NCBI GenBank assembly: GCA_963783375.1
Contig: CAWANH010000001.1
Location: 32,001-96,000 of the forward strand
Length of the DNA: 64,000 bases
Origin: Candidatus Eiseniibacteriota bacterium
Lineage (GTDB): Bacteria > Eisenbacteria > RBG-16-71-46 > JABDJR01
Direction: 5' to 3'
Shown here: positions 56,921-64,000 of the stretch, one piece after another
How the letters are laid out: each line of letters begins with the position of its first letter
Position numbering within the stretch: the stretch's first letter is position 1
Translations under genes and position numbers: made by a program
The notes under the pieces: generated by a model
What the model was told of the DNA's origin: nothing
Seen by the model: the letters and a program-made list of their open reading frames with translations, nothing else
Databases searched by the model: none

Positions 56921-58432
56921 TCAGACCCCGGGGCCGCGGCCCCGCCGGCGGAGCCGCCCCAGGAACTGACCGGCCCGCACCCGCTCCTCGTCGCTGAAGA
57001 ACCCCATCACGGCCAGGAGAACCGGGAAGGCGAGAATGACCGCCAGCTTGAGCACGAAGTCGACGGGGCCCCGGTGGCCGATCACCGCGATGTTCACGAC
57101 CAGCGCGGCCGCGGTGCCGGCCAGGAGCACGACCAGGCGCCGCGCCTCGAAGAGGATCGGGTAGAAGCGGCGCGCCACCAACCACATCCCCACCGGGAGG
57201 CAGAGGAAGGAGATCAGGGTGGCCCAGGCCGCGCCCCAGAGTTTGAAGTGGGGAATGAGGAGGTAGTTTCCGGCCAGGTTGACCAGGGCGGCCGCTCCCA
57301 CCACCACCGGGACCCACCGGGTCTTGTCGGTCACCGTGACGCCCACGGAGAGAATGTAGTAGACCCCCTGGACGAGATAGGCGATCAGGATGAGGGGTAC
57401 CAGGGCGGCCGCCGAGGCATAGGCCGCCCCGGCGATCACGTAGACGATCTCGTGGCTCATCGAGGCCACCCCGATCAGGATCCCGCAGGTCACCAGGAGG
57501 TAGTAGGTGAGAACGCGGGCGAAGATCTCCGGGGCGTTCTTCTCCTCGGCGATCCGAAACATGACCGGGGGCCAGGCCACCACGAACGCGTTCAGCATCA
57601 CCGACATGCTGAGCCCGACCTTGTAGCCGAGGGAGTAGATTCCCAGCTCGGTCAGGTTGCCGAAGGCGTTCAAGAAGAACCGGTCGGCGCTGTTCATGAC
57701 GTACAGACCGAGCCCGCTGACCACGAGGGGAAGCCCGAACCCGGCCAGCCGCCGGAGCCGCTCGATCCGGATGGAGAGGCCGAACTCCCGGGCCGCGCCG
57801 ACCAGACCCAGGGCGAGCCCCACCGCGGATCCGAGGAGATTCCCGGTCAGGGCCCCGGCCACCCCCTTGTGAAGGACCCCCACCAGGAGCGCGTTCAGGA
57901 GCAGGACCGAGAAGAGCTTGCTCAGGTTGACCAGGGAATAGCGGACCGGGCGTCCCTGGGCCCGGAACAGGGACAGGAGCATCAGGCCCGAGGCGTCGAG
58001 GAAGACCCACGCGAACAGGAGCCGCCAGAGCCCGGTCTGGCTCGAATCCCGGAACATCATCCGGCTCACCGCGGGAGCGGCGGCAAAGAGGGCCGCGGCG
58101 GCGATCCCCGCCACCAGCAGAACCGCGCTGAACGCGGTCCGGAAGTACTCGGTGCGGACCGCGGGGTCCGGCTCGGGCACGTAGTAGCGCACCAGGGCGG
58201 AGTTGAATCCCAGGACGAGGACGGTGAGAAGGAGCGCCCAGCTCACGGTGAAGATCTCGAGGGCGCCGAACTCCGCCGGAGTCATCACCCGGGCATAGAG
58301 AGGCACCAGGAGGAAGGCGCCGGCCCGGCCCAGGAAATCGAAGACCCCGTAGACCGCGGAATGACGGGCCATGGTCTTGACCATGGAATAGAGGACGTCC
58401 TGAGTGCGGTCCCGCTCCGTCGGGTTCCCCAC
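56921..58432 (-). CDS. Oligosaccharide flippase (Wzx/MOP family)
   Basis: FLLVPLYARVMTPAEFG, FGLPLV, ADRFFL, LGIYS, GAAWAT; about 14 TM segments. Confidence 0.85.
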   Translation of the reverse strand: MGNPTERDRTQDVLYSMVKTMARHSAVYGVFDFLGRAGAFLLVPLYARVMTPAEFGALEIFTVSWALLLTVLVLGFNSALVRYYVPEPDPAVRTEYFRTAFSAVLLVAGIAAAALFAAAPAVSRMMFRDSSQTGLWRLLFAWVFLDASGLMLLSLFRAQGRPVRYSLVNLSKLFSVLLLNALLVGVLHKGVAGALTGNLLGSAVGLALGLVGAAREFGLSIRIERLRRLAGFGLPLVVSGLGLYVMNSADRFFLNAFGNLTELGIYSLGYKVGLSMSVMLNAFVVAWPPVMFRIAEEKNAPEIFARVLTYYLLVTCGILIGVASMSHEIVYVIAGAAYASAAALVPLILIAYLVQGVYYILSVGVTVTDKTRWVPVVVGAAALVNLAGNYLLIPHFKLWGAAWATLISFLCLPVGMWLVARRFYPILFEARRLVVLLAGTAAALVVNIAVIGHRGPVDFVLKLAVILAFPVLLAVMGFFSDEERVRAGQFLGRLRRRGRGPGV

Positions 58433-58584
58433 GGTCAGAACGCGGGGAACCGGCCCGGCCCGAAGGCGGGACCCGTGAGGCTCATGTTCCGATGATGCTG
58501 GTTCACCGGGATCGGCCGGGCCTCCCTGACCCCGGTAACGGCCCGGGGCGAACGATAGAAGACGACGGTTGAAGCGGAGCGCCG

Positions 58585-58613
58585 AGTCTAGACCGTACCC
58601 CGTTGCCGGTCAA
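58585..58613 (-). promoter_or_regulatory. Promoter for flippase
   Basis: Minus strand TTGACC-N17-TAGACT. Confidence 0.5.
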
Positions 58614-58796
58614 TCCGGCCGGGGAGACGGGGCCGGGCCCGGGCGACTCCCGGTTCCGCGAACCGCGGCAGCGCCGGGCGGGGGACGTCCCTCGCTCCCC
58701 TCTTCGCCCCGGCCCAAAGACACGGGCGTCCCCTCCTTGCCTCGGGAACGCCCGGAACCGACTCGGTTCACCGGAGGGGCCGCCCCCCGGGAACGA

Positions 58797-59441
58797 TTAC
58801 CTGTAATGCGCCTTGATCGTCCCCCAGCTCACCGGTTCCACCGCGGTGGGACACGCGTACTCGTAGGTGACGCACAGGGTGCCCTGGATGTAGGTGGACA
58901 CGTTGAACGATCCGTTGCCGGGGCTGGTCAGGCTGGTGAACGCATGGGCCTGGACCGGCACGATCACCGGGTTCGCGAAGATCGAGAGATCGGCGAAGGT
59001 CATGTGAAAATCGTTGAACGGCGCCCAGGCGAAGGGCGAGGTGTAGCCCGAGGGGCCGGCGAAATCGAAGGTCCCGTCGTAGGACTGGAGGAGGCCGCCG
59101 TCGGTGAAGGAGAAATCGTCCGCCAGGGGCGAGCCGTCAAGATCGTCGAGCGAGACCGAGGCATAGATCGAGTCGTACCAGGCGCACCCGGGGGCAATGC
59201 AGTTCCCGGTGTTCTCGCCGAAGAACTGTCCGTCGACCGAAACGTTCAACACCACGTCGGCGCTGATGAGATAGCAGTCGGCATACGGGAACGCGGGAAT
59301 GGTCACGTCGAAGTTGACGTCACGGAAGCTAGCCCGCGGAATGGTGTCGCATACGGTATACGTATCCGCGTGCGCCGGGACGGCCGGCCCGGAGAGGACG
59401 AGAACGCCCAGGGCCCCCAGGATCATGGTTGCTTTCTTCAT
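58797..59441 (-). CDS. Secreted choice-of-anchor E-like domain protein with C-terminal SWGTIKAHYR motif
   Basis: Signal peptide ending AHA; IPAF, GENT, YDGTFDFAGPSG, VTYEY; terminal PTAVEPVSWGTIKAHYR. Confidence 0.7.
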   Translation of the reverse strand: MKKATMILGALGVLVLSGPAVPAHADTYTVCDTIPRASFRDVNFDVTIPAFPYADCYLISADVVLNVSVDGQFFGENTGNCIAPGCAWYDSIYASVSLDDLDGSPLADDFSFTDGGLLQSYDGTFDFAGPSGYTSPFAWAPFNDFHMTFADLSIFANPVIVPVQAHAFTSLTSPGNGSFNVSTYIQGTLCVTYEYACPTAVEPVSWGTIKAHYR

Positions 59442-59552
59442 GGATGCTTCCCCCGGCGGGGTTGGGGACCCCGCCCACAGCTGGTCGCACGAAATCCGTC
59501 CGGGATGGTGGATGCGGCCGCGACCGATTGATGCTCGAGCCGCACAATCATA

Positions 59553-61088
59553 TCATCCGTCTCGCCGCCGGTCATTGTCCTTCGTCAAGCCCGGCCGGCT
59601 TTCCGACTCCAGATCGAAGACGCGAAGCGTCGGGCTGCCGAAGCCGAAGGATCGGTAGGCGGGGGCGATCTCCCGGTAGGGCCGCCGGAAGAGCGCCCGG
59701 TAGGCATGCACCCTCCGCATCACCTCGGGGCTTTGTCCTCCCAGCCGGCCGGCCAGGACGTAGCGGTCGTAGTCGAAGCTCGACACCACCATGTGGGTCG
59801 TCCCCGCCCGTCGGAGGGAATCGGGGTCGGCGTCGGTGATCTCGGCGCGGGAATCGAGGTCCGCGTAGTTTCCGAACCAGGCCCGCACCCCGGGGCCGGC
59901 GGCCCAGGCCTGGGTCCGGGCCCGGGTGTCCCGGGTCAGCTCCCGATCGATCCGGAACGACACCGCCAGAGGAATCGCCACCACCGCCACCGCCAGCCCG
60001 AGCCGGACCGGGAGCACGACCCGGAACGGAGCCCGGCCGGTCAACCGATCCGTCTCCCGGAAGAGCACCAGGAGGAGCAGGGGGACGATCGGGGCCGCGT
60101 AGCGCATGAAATCCGGGAAGGGCTTGGACGGTGAAGCCTCGACGGTCGCATAGAACAGTCCCGCGGCGAACAGGAGGACGCGCTCGCGAAGGTCGATGCG
60201 AGTCCAGCGAGCCAGGGCCCAACCCGCCGCGGCCACCGCCGGGAGCGCCGCCGCCGGGGTCATTCCAGGGAGAAGACTCCGCCGGAAATGGAAGGTGAAG
60301 GCCTGGGAGAGGGCGGGAACACGCACCTTGTTTCCCTCGCGCACCTTGTCGAGATCGTGAAACACCCCGGACAAGAACCCCGAGCCTCGGGGATGGAGTA
60401 GCGCCGGGTAGTTCACCGCCGCGAAAACCGCGGCCGCCGCCGCTCCCGCGATCGCAAGCCCCGCCGCCGAGCGCCGGAATCCGACCCGGGGCTCGAGGAG
60501 GAGCGCGGCCAGGATCACCGGGACCAGGAGGACCGCCTTGTAGTGGCTCGCCCCGGCCAGGCCGAGCGAGAGGCCGAGAAGCGCGAATCGGACCCCGGTG
60601 GGGCGCTCCAGGGTACGGAAAAGGAGATACAGGGTGAGCAGGCTGAAGAGAACGAGGAGGGCGTCCTCTTTCAGGTAGTGGTCGTGGGCCACGAGAATCG
60701 GCGACACCGCCGCGGCCAGCGCGGCCGCGTGGTCGTAGGGAGGACGCACCCACCCCCGGGCCAGCGCGAAGACGAGGAGCACGGACAGGGTCCCCACGAC
60801 GCCGATGATCGTGCGCCCGAGTTCCACCACCGCCTGGGGGTCCTCGAGATCGTCGACCGCGTTCGCCGCGCGGACTATCTGGAGCATGAAAAGAGGGTGG
60901 TGAAAATCCTGGGTTCCATCCAGGATGAAGCGCACTTTCTTGGGCTCGTCCCGGTGATAGCCCAGGGGAAATCCCTGGTTCCAGAGGTTCAACCACAGGG
61001 AGAGCGCGGCGATCGCGGCCAGGGCGAGGACCCCGCCGGACCGCAGTCCCGCCCGGGAACCCGAAGACGTGGACGTCATCTCGAACAT
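59553..61088 (-). CDS. GT-C membrane glycosyltransferase (ArnT/PMT-like)
   Basis: GYHRDE, HHPLFM, HYLKED, GLAGASHY, RYAAP, DTR. RBS GGAGGT. Confidence 0.75.
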   Translation of the reverse strand: MFEMTSTSSGSRAGLRSGGVLALAAIAALSLWLNLWNQGFPLGYHRDEPKKVRFILDGTQDFHHPLFMLQIVRAANAVDDLEDPQAVVELGRTIIGVVGTLSVLLVFALARGWVRPPYDHAAALAAAVSPILVAHDHYLKEDALLVLFSLLTLYLLFRTLERPTGVRFALLGLSLGLAGASHYKAVLLVPVILAALLLEPRVGFRRSAAGLAIAGAAAAAVFAAVNYPALLHPRGSGFLSGVFHDLDKVREGNKVRVPALSQAFTFHFRRSLLPGMTPAAALPAVAAAGWALARWTRIDLRERVLLFAAGLFYATVEASPSKPFPDFMRYAAPIVPLLLLVLFRETDRLTGRAPFRVVLPVRLGLAVAVVAIPLAVSFRIDRELTRDTRARTQAWAAGPGVRAWFGNYADLDSRAEITDADPDSLRRAGTTHMVVSSFDYDRYVLAGRLGGQSPEVMRRVHAYRALFRRPYREIAPAYRSFGFGSPTLRVFDLESESRPGLTKDNDRRRDG

Positions 61089-61220
61089 GCACCTCCGAAC
61101 ACGACCTCAACCGACGGGTGGCGGGGCCCCCGGCCCCTCCCCTCGCCTTCGGCGAGCGGACATCCTGTCACAGGCCGGCGGCCGCGGCGAGTCCCCCGGG
61201 CGGTTCGCGGAACCCATCCG

Positions 61221-62816
61221 GTGATCCCGCGGCTCAGGGCCCTCGGGTTCTGGTCGGCGGCCGGGCTCGCCTTCATGGTGAGCCACACCCAGGCGCCGCT
61301 CTACGCCGGGAACCAGACCACCAAATTCCTGATCGGCCTGGCCCGGGCCGGACGAGGGGGACTGGCCCGGGACTGGCTGGCCGGCGCCGTCGATCCATTG
61401 CCCGCGTTCACCGCCCTGGTCCGGCTCACCTACGGCTTCCTTCCCGAGGCGACGTTCTACGCCTACTACGCCGTCCTGGCCGGGATCTATCTCTACGCGC
61501 TCTTCGGGATCGCCGACCGCGCGGTGGGGCTTCGCCGATCCGGCCTCCGGTCCGCCCTCTTCCTGGCCGTGCTCTTCGTCATCCACTCGCGCCTGGTTCT
61601 CCACTTCGCGTCGGTCTGGGGGCTCGGGGATCTTCCCCTCCTCTTCCGCGAGGGGGTGGCCCACCAGTACGTGCTGGGACGGGTCTTCCAGCCGTGCGTC
61701 TTCGGAGCCTTCCTCCTCCTCGCCGTCCGGCTCCACCTCGAGGGACGCCGGACGTACGCGGCCCTCGCCCTGGCCGTGGCCGCCGTCTTTCACCCCGCGT
61801 ACCTCCTTCCCGCCGCCCTTCTGATCCTGGCCTTCAGCCTGGCCACCGCGACCGGGTCCCGGCGGGTCACCGCCGTCCTGGGCCCTCCCGCCGTGCTCCT
61901 CCTCCTGGTGGCCCCGGTGCTGCTCTACTCGCGCCTCGCCTTCGCTCCCCACGACCCCGTGGCGTGGCGGGACGGGCTCCGGTTCCTGGTCCACGACCGG
62001 ATCCCCTATCACTCCCTCCCCGGGATCTGGTTCGACCGGGGCACGTTTTTCCAGGCGCTCCTCATGGCCGCGGGAGTCCTTGCCGCCGGGCGGAACCGAC
62101 TCGGCGTGATCCTCGCCGTTCCCTTCGGCGTCGCCTTCCTGCTCACCGCGGTCCAGATCGTCTCGGGGAGCGACGTCCTGGCCTTTCTCGCTCCCTGGCG
62201 GGTCTCGGCCGTACTGGTCCCGGTGTCCGTCGCGCTCCTCGCCGCCCGCGGGGCCTCGGCCCTCGACCGCGCCCTCCTTCACCGGCCCGGTCTCGGCCGC
62301 GCCGGGCTGGGCCTTTCCACGGCCGCGACGGCGATCTGCGTGGTGACCGGCGCCCATCTCCAGTGGACCGACTTCCGGGATCGGAGCCGCTCCCCCGAAG
62401 CCTCGCTCTACGCCTTCGCGCGGGCCCACCTCTCCCCCGGGGACCTCTACCTGCTTCCTCCCCTGGATCGTCGACTCGACGCGTTCCGGCTCATGAGCGG
62501 GGCGCCGATCCTCATCAACTGGAAGTCCCACCCCTACCGGATGGACGACGAGTTCGGGGAGTGGCGGGAGCGGATCCGCCGGGCCGGGGGGTTCTACGGT
62601 TCCTCCCCGGACTCCGCCTGCGCCGCCGCCCGGAAACTGGAATGCGCCTACGGGATCACCCACGCGGTGGTGCGCCGGGACCCTCCCGACCCGGTCTGTC
62701 CCGGCTGGCGCGAGATCTACGAGAACGGGACCTACGCGGTGTACCGGCTCCCGGCGAACGGGGTGACCGGGACCCGGCCCGCCTCCCCCCTTGGCTTGTC
62801 ACCCGGCGTTCCCTAG
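61221..62816 (+). CDS. Polytopic membrane protein with DUF6798-like C-terminal domain
   Basis: Multiple TM segments; RIPYHS; FRL.SG.PILINWKSHPY..EWRERI. Start taken as GTG 61221; the 5' part of the track ORF overlaps the divergent GT gene. Confidence 0.65.
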   Translation: MIPRLRALGFWSAAGLAFMVSHTQAPLYAGNQTTKFLIGLARAGRGGLARDWLAGAVDPLPAFTALVRLTYGFLPEATFYAYYAVLAGIYLYALFGIADRAVGLRRSGLRSALFLAVLFVIHSRLVLHFASVWGLGDLPLLFREGVAHQYVLGRVFQPCVFGAFLLLAVRLHLEGRRTYAALALAVAAVFHPAYLLPAALLILAFSLATATGSRRVTAVLGPPAVLLLLVAPVLLYSRLAFAPHDPVAWRDGLRFLVHDRIPYHSLPGIWFDRGTFFQALLMAAGVLAAGRNRLGVILAVPFGVAFLLTAVQIVSGSDVLAFLAPWRVSAVLVPVSVALLAARGASALDRALLHRPGLGRAGLGLSTAATAICVVTGAHLQWTDFRDRSRSPEASLYAFARAHLSPGDLYLLPPLDRRLDAFRLMSGAPILINWKSHPYRMDDEFGEWRERIRRAGGFYGSSPDSACAAARKLECAYGITHAVVRRDPPDPVCPGWREIYENGTYAVYRLPANGVTGTRPASPLGLSPGVP

Positions 62817-62861
62817 GATGTCCGCGTCGACGTTCCCGGAAATCACGACGAGGAGAGGACC

Positions 62862-63512
62862 ATGGCCCAGCTTCAGAACCTGTTCATCGGCATCGCGGGC
62901 ATGATCGGGGCGGGGAAGTCCACCCTGGCCGCCGCCCTGGGAAAGCACCTGGAGATCGACGTCTACTACGAGCCGGTCGAGAACAACGAGTACCTCGAGG
63001 ACTTCTACCGGGACACCAAGCGCTATTCCTTCGCCACCCAGATCTACCTCCTGAACAAGCGTTTCCAGCAGCACCAGGAGATCATCTGGCGGGACCGCTC
63101 CGCGGTCCAGGACCGCACCATCTACGAGGACTCGATCTTCGCCCGGATGCTGGCGGAGACCGGGCTCATGGAGGAGCGCGACTACCGCACCTACGTGGAG
63201 CTGTTCCGGCACATGAGCAACTTCATGTGCAAACCCAACCTCATCGTATACCTGGACGTGAGCCCGGAGCGATCCATGGAGCGGATCCAGGCCCGGGGGC
63301 GCGCGGTGGAGGGGGGGATCAGCCTCGACTACCTGCGGGCCCTTCACAAGGGATACGAGGCCTTCGTGGCCGACATCTCCCGCATGGTGCCGGTGATCCG
63401 GGTGGACTACGACCGCTTCGCCACCGCCGGTGAGATGACCGAGGTCATCACCCGGGAGTACCTCGACCACAGCTTCCTGCGCGAGGCCGCCCGGTTCGAT
63501 CCCACCCGCTGA
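62862..63512 (+). CDS. Deoxynucleoside kinase
   Basis: IAGMIGAGKSTL, YYEPV, QDRTIYED, RI.ARGR..E, YL..LHKGY. Confidence 0.92.
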   Translation: MAQLQNLFIGIAGMIGAGKSTLAAALGKHLEIDVYYEPVENNEYLEDFYRDTKRYSFATQIYLLNKRFQQHQEIIWRDRSAVQDRTIYEDSIFARMLAETGLMEERDYRTYVELFRHMSNFMCKPNLIVYLDVSPERSMERIQARGRAVEGGISLDYLRALHKGYEAFVADISRMVPVIRVDYDRFATAGEMTEVITREYLDHSFLREAARFDPTR

Positions 63513-63527
63513 CCCCCGGGCGGGAGG

Positions 63528-64000
63528 TCAGTCGTCGGAGAAGGCGGGGGGATGTCCGAGCCGCCGGGCCAGGAAGTAGCGCGGAGGCTCGTAGTGATTC
63601 TCCGCGGTGAACGGTTCCGCGAAGCGATCGCCGGTGAGATCGTCCCGCACGAAGTACGCGTTCCCCCCGGTGAGGCTGCACCCGACCAGGGAGTAGCCCA
63701 GGTCGCGGCCCAGCAATTCCAGGGCCTTGAGGCTCGCCCCGAAATACACGCTGCCGTTCCACGTCCGGTCCGGACGATCCTCCACCTTCCAGTCGACCTG
63801 GGGGGGGACGCTCGCGTTGTACTCCACCACCGCCACCCGGGGCCGGAACCGCCGGAGGGCGGCCCAGGTCCAGTAGGTGTTGCGGTCGATGTCCAGGGAG
63901 AAGAGGTCGCACTCCTCCGGGAGACCGTGATGGGCGAAGAGATCCCCGATGCCGTCGGAGCGGACGAAGGCCTCGATCAGGCGGAGTTGCCCCTCGTCCA
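63528..64000 (-). CDS. FkbM-like methyltransferase-related protein (5' end beyond window)
   Basis: Frame is open to the window edge: DLFSLDIDRNTYW..PRVAVVEYN..GASL..LGY.LV....GNAYFV. Confidence 0.7.
   Translation of the reverse strand, partial: DEGQLRLIEAFVRSDGIGDLFAHHGLPEECDLFSLDIDRNTYWTWAALRRFRPRVAVVEYNASVPPQVDWKVEDRPDRTWNGSVYFGASLKALELLGRDLGYSLVGCSLTGGNAYFVRDDLTGDRFAEPFTAENHYEPPRYFLARRLGHPPAFSDD

Overview
High-GC bacterial chromosome segment with about 55 real CDSs. I found no rRNA, tRNA, CRISPR array or transposase. Most long antisense ORFs in the track are GC shadows. Housekeeping and metabolic content: kynU-kynB, an M16 peptidase pair, corA, a heterodimeric ABC exporter, a PrsA-like PPIase, ruvC-ruvA, an EF-G paralog with yebC, tandem STAS proteins, a GldAFG-like ABC operon, an RlmI-like methyltransferase, a LeuA-like synthase, atoE, thiSGE, rnr, an acyl-CoA dehydrogenase, lemA/DUF2207, and a surface-glycan modification cluster. 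A FlgD-Ig lipoprotein and a C-terminal SWGTIKAHYR motif suggest, by inference only, an FCB-related candidate lineage such as Eisenbacteria or Krumholzibacteria. Highlights: (1) a monocistronic 71-aa histone-fold gene of the short DUF1931/face-to-face type with a Lys-rich N-terminal tail; (2) an archaeal-type topoisomerase VI B subunit with a long basic extension and no adjacent A subunit; (3) a choice-of-anchor-E-like secreted protein ending in a candidate sorting signal; (4) a ~185-bp rod-like MITE flanked by CTAG; (5) a 31-aa bS22-like gene missed by the ORF track; (6) a long structured leader upstream of a divergent EF-G paralog; (7) a secreted GH13 enzyme with four tandem CBM48-like modules. 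All family calls are from motif recognition; no searches were run.
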